A stretch of 64,000 nt of DNA from an uncultured Gammaproteobacteria bacterium (lineage in GTDB: Bacteria; Patescibacteriota; Patescibacteriia; Patescibacteriales; GWE2-39-37): contig CAYUCS010000002.1 in NCBI GenBank assembly GCA_964443495.1, positions 196,021 to 260,020 of the forward strand. The letters run 5' to 3'. Of the stretch, positions 19,526 through 32,908 are shown piece by piece; position 1 is the stretch's first letter, and the number at the start of each line of letters is the position of its first letter. The notes below the pieces were generated by a model. The model had not been told where the DNA came from. It saw only the letters and a list, made by a program, of their open reading frames with translations, and did no database searches. A program made the translations under genes and the position numbers.

Positions 19526-22500
19526 CTACTCTATCCTCATCTTTCCATCAATAATCATCTTACCCTGTCTGACCCTGGTCGTGCCGTAAAATGCCGTATC
19601 GCCGTCCTCGAAAGCGCCGATATCCCAGGCGCCGCCGAAGTTTCGAGCGTTCCCGGCGATATCGATATTGAATGGCAAAAGCGCGTCAACAGAAAGGTTT
19701 GCCGCTGAATTTCTAGCAGCTGAATCGAACGGCGACAAGCGGAAATCGCTGGACGAAGCATTGATGAATCGGACAACTTGGTTGCGGCAGCCGTGCCCTC
19801 CGCAATCGGTCGCACCAGCATTCGGCGAGGTCAGGTCGAATGATAAATTATTCTGATACTGCTGGGTCACGTTGCCGCCCAAATCAAAGGCGAAATCATC
19901 GCTACCGGCACTGGACAGATTATTTTTCAAATTAACGTAAGCGACTGAGGCCGGGTAACCCCACTGCCCGAATCCGACATCTGCGATACCGTAAACCGTA
20001 TTGTTATATACGTTAATCGTCGCTCCTGGCTGAATGTTGTTGGCCGAACGTATGCCGCCGCCCCAGCCGTAAACGATATTATTGTAAATATCGATGGAAT
20101 AGCCGCCCGAATTCACGCCGTATTCTGCCGGGCTGCCGTTGCGAGAAGGTAGCCTCACAATACTGTTGCTTATCTTCACTCCTTCCGCATTGGCGCTATA
20201 GCCAACTCGGGCATCGGTCTGCGTTGCGACGTGCTCGATCTGCAGGCCGTCCACGACAGTGTACGGCACCCCGATATACAGGACCGAATCCCAGCGTGTC
20301 GCGCCGTAGGACAAGGCGAACTTCGAATCGTCCCAAATACCAGCATGCCGTTGCGAGGAATTGGCTTCGGAAGAAACGCTATTCGGCGCGTATATCTTGA
20401 TATAATTCAAGGCCGAAGCCGTGTAACCGCTGACCGTAACCCTACTCAGATCATGACCGGTGTCGTGATAGGCCGGGAAATTGAGCTGGTAATTGCCGGT
20501 GACCAAATCCGATGCGTTGAGATGGCTAGCGTCAGTCGCGCCCGCCTCGGCCGCGGACAAGGAGGCGTAGGCATGGGCGATCGAGGCGACGGCCGCGCTC
20601 GAAGTCGCGAATGGCGAGGTGCCGGTGGCCGTGACACAGCGCCAAACGCTCGTCGATATTTTTTCAGAAATATAGCATTTGCTGGAAGCTGCGCCATAAG
20701 TAATAACATCCCCTACGCCCATATTAGCCGCCGTTTGCGCCTCCGAGAAAGTGGCCAAGCCCGTAGTCGAACTGACGGTCACGGTCGGAGCGCCGGTCTT
20801 GTGGTCGTTAGTATCCTGGCCGACGGAATAATACACTGGGGCCGGCGCCTCATCCGCCCCGATGTCCCAACCGAGCCCGTTGCCGCGTGCCTGGCCATCA
20901 ATATCGGCACTGAAGGTAAAATTAGCATCAGTGCCCAAATTGGCGCCGGCATTACGGGCCGATGAAGAGGCAGCCAAGTGATAATCAGCATTCGCTTCAT
21001 CGACAAATCGGACGTCTATCGATGACGTGCTATATGTGGCATTGGGCGCGTCGCCAGCCACGTCCGATATATTGTTGTCGGATGCAGATGAAAAAGTGTG
21101 CGTCGTATAATTGGCAAAGCCTTCGGCGCAGCCTTGCGTGATATTGTTTTTCAGTATTGAATTTTCAGCATATTGACCATAAACGCCGATGTCGCAATTT
21201 ACGATGGTATTGTTATAGATATAATGCTTATTTGTCGGAACATATATCGACGATGAGTTGCTGCCGGACAATTTCTTGTAGCCGTAAATTATATTATTGT
21301 AAACTTTGGCGTTCGTGTAGTCGTAACCCAGCTCGATGCCGCGCCCGATATTCGTGATAAGTTGAGTCGATTTTATTATATTATTTCTTAAAATTACATT
21401 ATTTGCGTAAACGACTATGCCATCAGGCATATTGTCAGTGTCTCGCTCGATTTGCAGGCCGTCTATGACAGTGTGGTCTGCCTGGATAGTATAAAAATTA
21501 CCATAGCTACTCCCCAAGGTTCTGTAGCTTGAATTATTCCATTTTCCGCCATGTCTTTGCCTGGAATTAACCTCGGTCACGGCATTTTCTGGCGCATACA
21601 ACCTGATATAATTAGGTGCGCCAGTCGTAAAGCCGATAATATCAACTTCTGCCGCATCGGCACCGCTGTCGTAATATGCCGGTAAATTAAGTTGCAGGTT
21701 CGCCGCAGTCAAATCAGAGGTATTCATATGGCTGGCATCTACCACTCCAGATATTGCCGCCGACATCGAAGTATATTCACGCTTGATCGAATCGACGGTC
21801 GAATTCGTGATGTCAGCCGGCATCGTGCCAGTGGCTGTCACCAGGTACCAGACCGTGGTTGAGGCTTTGCCGGAAATATACGCTACCGAACTGGAGCTGT
21901 TGTAAGTCACGCGATCGCCCACGCCGATATTGCCAATCTGTGCAACGGAGAAGGTGGCGGTTCCAGAGGCGATGGTCACCGTCGGCGAACCGGTCTTCAG
22001 ATCGGCTGTCGATTGCCCGACGGAATAATAGACAGCGTTGGCGGCCTCGTCCGCGCCAATGTCCCAGATTCCGCCATTCGGCCTGGGTTGACCGTCAATG
22101 TCGGCAACAAAGGAGAAATACGGATCGACACTCAAATCCGTGCCCGCGTTTTTGGCTACAATACCGCCTGGCAATAGGTGAAAATCCTTGTTGGCCGAAT
22201 CCGCGAATTGGACGGTCACGGAATTCTTGGAATTAGCGCCTGGTGCGTCGGCAGCCAAATCGGAAATATTGTAATCAGAAGATGAATGCATGACCGACTC
22301 GTAAAACCCGTTGACAGAATTCTGGACAATATTATTCTTAAATGAAACTGCCAAACCGCTACTATCGGTAAATCCTGTATGACAGTTATATGCAGTATTA
22401 TTGTAAACATACACGCCCAGATCATTCCAAGAATTAGAAAAATTATAGCAACGCCCACTGCTGGAGTTGATATCACGAAACCCGTAAATCAAATTATTAT

Positions 22501-25500
22501 AAATCCTCGAACCCTCACCTCCAGTACTAAGGCCTGAACCTACGATATTGGCAGCCGTAGCAACTCCTTGGACGATATTGTTGCTTACTTCCATGGCGGC
22601 CCCATCAATCGCAAAGGAATTTCCGTGACCATACGTCAATTTTACTTGTAAGCCATCAATCTTGGTATAAAAATTAACTATAAACAGCTGCCTCTGCCAG
22701 GTAGTATTCGTCGTGTATTCAAGGCGATATTTCAAGTCATCCCATTTGCCCTGATGCCGCTGGCTGGCGTTCGCTTCGGCCGTCGTGCTTGCCGGGGTGT
22801 ACACGCGAATGTGGTTATTGGGAGATGCTGTCCAGCCATCGATAATAACTCCTGCGGTGTCTGGTCCGCTGTCGTAATAGCATGGTATATTCAATTGATA
22901 ATTATTGCCAGTCAGATTTGAAGTATTCAAATAGCTCGCACCAACTGCCCCGGACTCGGCGGCTGAAAGCGAGGAAAAGGCATGCGCGATCGAGTTGACC
23001 GTCGCATCGGTGGCGGCAACTGGTGGCGTGCCAGTCGCAGATTGGCAATACCAGGCCGTTGTCGAGGCCTTGCTAGTGATATAGCATTTGTTGGTCGTGC
23101 CATAGGTAATAACATCGCCGACGCCCATATTGGTCGCGGTCTGAGCTACTGAAAAGGTGGCCAGGCCGGTGGTCGAACTTATCGTCACCGTCGGCGAACC
23201 GGTCTTGTGGTCGCTCGTATTTTGCCCTACGGAATAATAGATTGGCGTCGCGCCTTCGTCAGACCCGATATCCCAAGATCCAGCCGGTCGCGCATGCGCG
23301 TCGATATCAGAAGCGAAGGCGAAATTAGCGTCGCCCGACAGATTCACGCCGGCATTGCGCGCGCTGGACGAAGCAGCCAAATGAAAGTCTTTGTTGGCCG
23401 AATCCGCAAATTGGACCACGATCGAAGAGGTACTGAAAGTAGCATTCGGCGCGTCGCCGACAATGTCCGAAATGTTGTAATCGGACAACGAATTGAAAGT
23501 GCCGTTAAAACCGTCTGCGCATCCTTGAACTGCATTATTTTTCAACACGCCGTAATTGTTGTAATATGTTTCAACACCGGTTCCGCAATTAACAATCGTA
23601 TTGCTATATACTGAAACGCGGTCTTGGGTTTGAAGGCGGATTGTTTTATAACCGGTGCTTGTGCCGCTCTTTATGTCATAAATTATGTTATTTGCGACAA
23701 CACCCGATGCATCAGCAATGCCGGAACCATTGGCGTAATAAACAGCGGTCGCATTGTTTGCGCCCGAATATTCACCCCTAATAATATTATTCGTGACCCT
23801 AATATCATTGGTCCTGCCATATACACTGCGCGGGTTGGCGCCTATGATATGCTCATTTATCCCAGAGGAAGCTATCCTATGCAATTGCATTCCATCTATG
23901 GTCACGAAAGATGCCAAAACGCTTAGCGTCGTTTGATAATCACCAGCGGAAGTATGAACCAGTCTGTATTTCGTGTCATCCCATTGCCCTTGGTGTCTTT
24001 GATTGTAATTAACCTCGTTAACCGTGTCTGAAGGCGTATACACTTTAAGATAGTTGCTTGGAGAAGTTGTCCAACCATCAATGGCCACTGAGGCGATATC
24101 GGGTCCGGAGTCGTAATAGCATGGAACATTCAGCTGATAGTTGCCTGTCACAAGATCAGATGCGTTCAAAAAACCGGCTCCTTTTGCGCCGCCAGCCCCG
24201 GCAGGAAGTGCGGCATTCAATGAATTAAAAGAATGCGTGATCGAAGTGACGGTAGCACTGGTCGTGGCTACTGGCATGGTGCCGGTCGCCGTGGCGCAGT
24301 ACCAAGCCGTAGTTGAGGCTTTGGCGGTGATATAGCACTTATCTGAGCCATAAGTAATGACATCACCTACCCCCATATTTGATGCGGTCTGGGCCACGTC
24401 GAAGGTGGCCAGGCCGGTCGAACTAGAGATGGTTACGACGGGCGAACCTGTCTTGTGGTCGCTCGTGTTCTGGCCGACAGAGTAATATACTGCGGTCGCC
24501 CCCTCGTCCGCGCCAATGTCCCATAAACCAGACCTGCCATGACCGTCAATGTCAGTCGAAAAAGCAAAATTTGCGTCAGCGCTCAAATCAGCGCCGCGAT
24601 TGCGCGCTGTCGAAGATGCGGCCAAGTGAAAGTCTTTATTTAAAACATCTGCAAAGGCGACGTTGACATTTAGTAAGTCCACGTCAGGCGAGGTGGCGTC
24701 TGAAGAAATATTATTTGTCGAAGAGGCATTCAAATCAAAATAACAATATTCTGTACAAATTTGAGCAGTATTATTTTTTGCAATAATAGTCGCTCCGTTA
24801 GACCACAAAGCCCTCCCGACATTATAAAATGTGTTATTATACACATAAGCCGTCAAAGTCGCGCCGCTTATTCGTATCGCCCTACGTTCAGAACCACCGG
24901 GCACGTTTGATAAGATATTGTTATATATATGCACCTTACTACCAGCTGCACCATCACCGCATTCAATTAACCCAGCCCAATCACCAGCAACATTTGAAAT
25001 CAAATTATTTGAAACATAGCTATCGAAAACATCAGTACTTGAATAATTCAACACTATTGCAAAAGTATTTGAGATTGCCATGTCAATTTCAAGTCCATCA
25101 ACTCTAACATTCTTGCTACCGATTGCGACTGCCCTGCCTGTTGCTGGTTTTATGGAAAAATTACTACCGCCAGTCTTGCCCCGATGTCTCTGGCTAAAAT
25201 TTGCCTCGGTTACTGTATTTCTCGGCGTATACAGCTTTATAAAATTCGGCACCCCGGTCTTATAGCCAATCACATTAACAGTAGCTGTATCGGCACCGCT
25301 ATCATAATAAGCCGGGATGTTGAGTTGCACATTTGCGGTAGCTAAATCAGCGGTGCTCAGATGGCTAGCATCGACAGCCCCGGATACAGCGGCGGCCATC
25401 GAAGTGTACTCACGCTTAATCGAAGTCACTGGCGCCGAGGTAGTGGCTTGCGGCAAGGTGCCGGTGGCGGTCACCACATACCAGGCAGAAGTCGAAGCCT

Positions 25501-28500
25501 TGCTGGAGATATAGTAAACAGTATTGGTCGCTACGGTCAGGCGGTCGCCCACGCCGATATTGCCTGTCTGGGCGGTCGAGAAGGTGGCCAGGCCAGTGGT
25601 GCTGGAGATGGTGACGGTCGAGGTGCCGGTCTGCAGGTCGGCGGTCGATTGGCCGACGGAATAATAGACGGCATTGGCCGGCTCGTCCGCACCGACGCTC
25701 CAAGAACTGCTTCGTCGTACTTGGCCATCAATGTCGGTATTGAAAGCATGATATTGGTCTGAACTAAGATTCGCGCCAGCATTTCGTGCGGTCGATGAAG
25801 CAGCTAAATGGTAATCTTTATTGGCAGCATCGGCAAAAGAAACAACCGTGCTGACCTTATCATTAACACCGCCCGTATTATCACCTGCCAAATCGGAAAT
25901 GTTATAATCAGAAGCGGCATTGAAGTTAGCTCCCCCCGAAAAACCATCGATACAGTTTTGCGCGATATTGTTTTTCGCGTAAAAAAGATGATTAGTGCTC
26001 CCAGCTGCAAAGCCGTCATAACAGTTGTACGCCAGGTTATTATAAGCTACGGTGTCCGTTGTAAAGGTGGCATAACAATTCTGCCTTGAAGAAATTTTCC
26101 CCCAATTATATGAGATATTATTCAAAATTTTCAGATGGCTATTTACGCCAGACAAGGTGGCAACACTTCCCATGTAATCATCGCTAGCGTGCGTATCCGG
26201 CCCCCTAAAAATAGAGGACGCGAGCCGAACGTTAAACGTGGAAATAGTGCTCAAATCGATGGCATACACGTTGCCAGCAGCTGACTTATTGTTGAAAATC
26301 TGGAGGCCTTCGATATTCAGATTCGGGACCTTTATCACCAATGCCGAAAACGCGGACGCTCCCGCGCTAGTGACGGACAAAGCATATTTGCTATCATCCC
26401 ATTTGCCCTGATGTCTCTGTGACTGATTAACCTCATTCGTCGTATTGTACGGCGTATAAATTTTTATATGATTTGACGCGGCAGTGGTATAATTTTGCAC
26501 TGTCACGACTGCCGTGTCTGAGCCGCTATCATAATAACAAGGAAAATTAAGCTGATAATTGCTTGACGCCAAATTTGAAGCGTTCAAATAGCTCGCGCCA
26601 GAAGCGCCTGTAACGCCCGCATTGAGGGATGAAAATGCATGCGCGATTGAATTAACCGTAGCGCCTGTCGCTGCAACTGGGGCGGTGCCGGTGGCGGTTT
26701 GGCAATACCAAGCGGTAGTCGAGGCTTTGGCAGTGATATAGCACTTCTCTGTCGTGTTATAGGTAATCACATCGCCCACACCCATATTGACCGCGGTCTG
26801 GGCCACATCAAAGGTAGCCAGTCCGGTGGTCGAACTGACCGTCACATTGGGCGAGCCGGTCTTGTGGTCTGATGTGTTCTGACCGACGGAATAATATATT
26901 GCCGTAGCGCCTTCGTCAGCTCCGATATCCCAAGCGCCCTGGTTGCCGCGGGCGTGGCCGTCAATGTCGGTCGAGAAGGCATAATTCGCGCCTGAACCCA
27001 AATCCACGCCGCGATTGCGGGCCGTCGAAGAGGCGGCAAGATGAAAATCTTTGTTCAACGCATCGGCAAACTGGACAGATATCGATGACGTGCTGAAAGT
27101 GGCATTCGGCGCATCGCCAGCTATATCTGAAATATTGTTATCCGATGATGAATCGACGATTCCCGTGCCGGTCCAGTTTATATAGCCATCCGAAGATCCC
27201 TGAACCAGATTGTTTTTCAAATACACCCTGCCAGTAGCATACCTGATGCCATGAGTGGAAGAACTCACCGTATTGTTATACGCATACATATTCGTACTCG
27301 ATGAGGACGGTTGGAAGATTATTCCGCGGCTTTCAGTGCCAGTAAACCCGTACAAGATATTGTTTGTCAGGACATATTTACCGTTGCTTCCGGAATCGAC
27401 ACCGAAGCCGCCCACATACGAGGTAGCGCTACCTTTGACGATATTGTTAGAAAAATAAACATTGGCATTATCAACGATATTTCTCACGACGTTATTATCA
27501 GGACTCGAAAGCTGCAATCCGTCGATTATAACATCCCTCTCCATGTTAAAAAGCGCTATTCCGGAGGCTGTGGACAATGCATATTTGCCATTTTCCCACG
27601 CACCGCTCGCACGCTGGCTCGAATTAACCTCGCTGGTTTCGCTGGTCGGCGTGTAAACCCTGATATAATTACTCGCCCCCGTCTCCCAGCCCAATATTGC
27701 GACCGCAGCGGAATCGACACCAGTATCGTAATAGCAAGGAAAATTAAGTTGATAATTACTTAATGCCAAATCAGAAGCATTAAGGTGGGCCGAGTCTGGC
27801 GCCCCGGCTTCAGCGGCCGATAGCGAGGCATAAGCATGAGCAATTGATGCCACAGTAGCACTGGTCGTGGCCACTGGCATCGTACCAGTGGCGGTTTGGC
27901 AGTACCAGGCGGTCGTCGAGGCTTTGCTTGTGATATAGCACTTATCCGATCCGTAAGTTATGACATCGCCCACGCCCATGTTGGCGGCGGTCTGGGCCAC
28001 GTCGAAGGTGGCCAGGCCGGTCGAGCTAGAGATGGTTACGACGGGCGAGCCGGTCTTGTGGTCGCTCGTGTTCTGGCCGACAGAGTAATAAACTGCGGTC
28101 GCGCCCTCGTCCGCGCCGATATCCCAGGCGCCACTACGCGTGTGACCGTCGATATCCGAAGAGAAAGCGAAGTTCGTGTCGGCACTTAAATCCGCACCGA
28201 CATTGCGCGCACTGCTTGATGCGGCAAGATGGTAATCCCCATTGGCAGCATCAGCAAAACTTACCACTGTCGAATCCTTAGGATTTGTTCCTGGCGCATC
28301 TGATGCCAAGTCGGAAATATTATTCGTGGACGAAGCGCTGACTATGAGACGGTATCCATCGACACAGTTCTGGGCAATGTTGTTTTTTACTATCACCGTA
28401 CCGCCTCCATTCGTAAAACAATAATTTGAATTGATTACAGTGTTGTTATAAAAATAACCATACCAGCCGCCAGAGCCGGAAGAAATGCCCTGCCCGTTGC

Positions 28501-31500
28501 TTACGTTGAAATCATAAACGATATTATTCGCAACATACCCGAAGCCAAAACCCATCGATGCTTCATAATTCAAGATAATGCCATACTTATTGGCCGCGTT
28601 GCCGCTATGCTTGATAATGTTATTCTTGATATGCATTTGCGCATTGTTCTCGCCGATCGATTGAGTCGTAATTCCGGTATTATCGATACCGTAAATCTGC
28701 AAGCCGTCAATCATTGTGTTTTTATCGAAAATAATGATGGCGGCGTTCGTAGAAACTTCCAGCCTGTAGCTCGTGTCCGCCCATTTTCCTTGATGCCGCT
28801 GGCTTGAATTGGCTTCATTGGCCGTGTTGTTCGGCGTGTACAGTTTAATGTAGTTAGGCAGTGCGGTTGAATAGCCGCCAATAGCCACGGGCGCCGTGTC
28901 GGCACCCGAATCATAGTAAGCCGGAATATTGAGTTGCATGTTCGAAATGTAAAGATCGGCTGTGTTCAAATGGCTTGAGTTGCTTGCACTAGCTACAGCA
29001 GACGACATCGAAGTAAATTCCCGCTTGATCGAAGTCACTGGGGCCGAGGTGGTGGCTTGCGGCAAAGTGCCGGTCGCGGTCACCACGTACCAGGCAGAGG
29101 TTGAGGCCTTGCCGGAGATATAGTAAACAGTATTGGTTGCTACGGTCACGCGATCGCCCACGCCGATATTGCCTGTCTGAGCGGTAGAGAAGGTGGCCAG
29201 GCCGGTGGTGCTGGAAATGGTGACGGTCGAGGTGCCGGTCTGCAGGTCGGCGGTCGATTGGCCGACGGAATAATAGACCGCGCTGGCGCCTTCGTCGGCA
29301 CCAATGTCCCAGGCAAGGTTATTCGGGCGCGTGTGGCCGTCGATATCCGAGGCAAAGGCCTTGTATGAATCGCTGGCCAGACTAACGCCGCTATCGCGCG
29401 CCGAGGTGTCGGCGCTGGCAAGATGGAAGTCCTTGTTGGCAGCGGAGGCGAAGGCAACATTCTTGTTTCTGAACGCCGTGTTGGGCGAAGAAGCGTCACT
29501 GGAGATATTGTTTGATGAAGAATATGTGGAGGTCCACACATTATACTGCATATTGAAGTTGCCATTCACTAAGTTGTTGGCCATATTCAACGTTCCAGTC
29601 GCATACCTGATGGCCCGGAAACCGTTATCGCTGTAAAACGTGTTGTTGTAAATATTACCAAGAAGGGTTGAATTCAAATTATAATAACCGGTGCTGCTAA
29701 AATCATAAACGTAATTGTTCCAAAAATTGACATTGGTTAAAATATGGGACTGTAAAAACACATCAACGAAATTGTGCAGGATTGAATTGCTTATGGATAC
29801 ATTGAAAGTTACCGACCCGGAAGGATCGATGCGTAAACCCTGGTCGGCGCCAGTGTCGGAATATAGCTCGATGCCGTCGAATTTTATATCCGGCAAAGAA
29901 ATATATAATTTGGCGTTCGCTCTCAAGCGATAACCCGTCCCCGCCTTGCCGGAATGGCGTTGGGAAGCGTTCGCTTCCGAGGCGGCGTTATTCGGCGTAT
30001 ATATTTTTATATAGTTATTCAGGGCCGTGGTGTATCCTGCCAAGGTCACTGCCGCAGTGTCCGCACTGCCATCATTATAGCAAGGCAAATTCAGAATCTT
30101 GTTAGTGCTCGCCAGATCGGCAGTATTAAGATACGATCCGCCGGATGCGCCGCTAATGGCAGCGGACAACGAACTGAACGCATGCGTTATCGAATCGACC
30201 GTAGCGCCAGTCGCGGCGACCGGCGCGGTGCCGGTGGCGGTTTGGCAATACCAAGCGGTAGTCGAGGCTTTGGCGGTGATGTAGCACTTCTCTGTCGTGT
30301 TATAGGTAATGACGTCGCCCACGCCCATATTAACCGCGGTTTGAGCCACATCGAAGGTAGCCAGGCCGGTGGTCGAGCTGACCGTCACATTGGGCGAGCC
30401 GGTCTTGTGGTCGGACGTATTCTGTCCGACCGAATAATAGATATGTGACGCACCCTCGTCGGCACCGATGTCCCAGGCACCCTGGTTGCCACGGGAGTGG
30501 CCGTCAATGTCGGCATTGAAGGCATAATTCGCATCAGCACTCAAGTCCGCGCCGGAGTTGCGCGCGGTCGAAGAAGCAGCCAAGTGAAAGTCTTCATTCA
30601 AGCTATCGGAGAATTGAACTACAGTTGAATTCAACTGGTTTTGACCAGGGGCGTCAGCATGATCAGAAATATTGCTAGTCGATGATGCGGAAAAAATCCC
30701 GCTGTACCCGACAGTCGATGAGGAGACGATGTTATTGGCAAGCACGGTTGACGAACCGTTATATAACCTTGTTACGCCATTAGAAGAATTGTGTACGGTA
30801 TTGTTGGCAATATTAACGCTTCCCTTGCCAACAACTAAAATGCCGGACGAATCCGTCGCTCCATCGTAGAAGCCGTAAATTATGTTGTTCGAGATATGAT
30901 ATTTACTGGCGATGCTGCCCAAGTTCCAATATTGGATCCTGATGCCATTCGGCGGCTCTGAGCCGAACGGAGCAGTAGCGATGCCCCTTATAATATTGCC
31001 CACGACATAAGCCTCGTAAGCCGCGTCTGGATCGGCTGAGCTGTTGTTTTCAATCTGTATGCCCTCTGCGCCAATCTGACCATTGTTATTTACACTGACC
31101 TGCAATCCCTCTATCCGAATATTTTCACTAATTGGGTTGATTGCTCGATCATAACCGTCAACACTCGCGACACTAAGATTGTATTTATTATCATCCCATA
31201 TGCCCTGATGTCGCTGAGACAGGTTGACCTCAATCGATTCGTTACTAGGGGTATAGATCTCAAGGTAATTATTTGCCGTCGTTTTATATCCTTGAACCTG
31301 GACGTGCGTCGTGTCAGGCCCGCTGTCATAGTAACAAGCCCAGTTGAGTTGATAATTATTAGCCGCTAAATCAGCCGTATTTAGATAAGTTGAGTTGGAT
31401 GAATTTGCCTCTGCGTTGAACAAGGAGGAAAATGCATGCGCAATCGACGCGACCGGCGCGCTGGTGGTGGCCACGGGCATGGTGCCGGTCGCCGTGACGC

Positions 31501-32908
31501 AATACCAAGCCGTGGTTGATGCTTTGGCGGTGATATAGCACTTATCCGAGCCGTAAGTAATGACATCGCCCACCCCCATATTTGATGCGGTCTGGGCCAC
31601 ATCAAAAGTAGCTAAGCCGGTGGTCGAGCTGACGGTCACTGTCGGCGTGCCGGTTTTGTGGTCGGACGTATTCTGCCCTACTGAATAATAAATGGCTGTC
31701 GCACCCTCGTCCGCGCCTATGTCCCAGGCGCGTGACACCGGACTGGTGGTCGAACGCGCGTGACCGTCGATATCAGTGCTGAAAGCGAAATAAGGGTCGT
31801 TGCTCAAGTCGGCACCGCGATTACGAGCCGTCGATGACGCGGCGAGATGAAAATCTTTGTTAGCCAGGTCGGCGAACTGCACAGTAGATGAAGCCATGGA
31901 GTTTGAACCTGGTGCAGTGCCATCAAAAGAAAGGTTATTTGTTGATGAAGCGTGAAATATCCCCGAATAACCAGTTACTCCATTTTGAACAACATTATTT
32001 TTTGCAACATCCAAGCTAGACCCAGCACTAATGCCAATATCGCACCCGAAAATAGTATTATTATAAAAATAACTTTCAGTGCCTTCTGCCACATCTTGAA
32101 TACAGCTATCAATTTGCGTTGATAAATTCCAGTTATAAATAATGTTGTTATAAATATAATAACTCCCATAAGCGTTGAAACCGATTCCATTGCCTTCATA
32201 GTCATGTGCAGAATTGTCTGAAGATGCGGTAATAATCGAATTGCTGATAACAAAATAACTGCCGGAATCAGACATTGTCTTTGTTATGCCGTAGTGATAT
32301 TGATTTGTGGTGAGGTTAATCTTGCATTGAACGCCTTCAATAATTGCATCATGTACGTTAGAACTTATGCAATAAGTCCCGCCACTAATATACAAGTTGT
32401 ATCTTACGTCATCCCACCTGCCTTGGTGCCTCTGGCTGAAATTAGCTTCAATACTCGTGCTGGCTGGGGTGTAAATTTTTATATACGTACTGGTGCCGGT
32501 CGTATAGCCTGTCACATTGACTGCGCTCGTGTCCGGGCCGGAGTCGTAATAACAAGGCAGGTTCAGGACAAGGTCGCCTCCAACCAGGCTGCTGGTAGCA
32601 GCATGATTGGCGTCGCTCGCTCCGGCGACTGCCGCGGCTAGCGAGGTGTATTCGCGTTTGATCGAGGTCACCGGCGCGCTGGAGGTTGCTTCGGGCATGG
32701 TGCCGGTGGCGGTAACGACATACCAGCCGGTCGATGAGGCCTTGCCGGAGATATAATAGACGGTGTTGGTGGCCACGGTCACCCGGTCGCCCACGCCGAT
32801 GTTGCCGGTCTGGGCGGCCGAGAAGGTGGCGAGGCCGGTCGTGCTGGAGATGGTCACGGTCGAGGTGCCGGTCTGCAGGTCGGCCGTCGATTGGCCGACA
32901 GAGTAATA
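19526..32908 (-). repeat. 11 tandem ~1.2-kb coding modules (intragenic repeat array)
   Basis: YYSVGQ codons at 32891..32908, 31673..31690, 30422..30439, 29258..29275, 28073..28090, 26879..26896, 25649..25666, 24470..24487, 23222..23239, 22013..22030 and 20816..20833. Spacings are 1164-1251 nt. Confidence 0.9.
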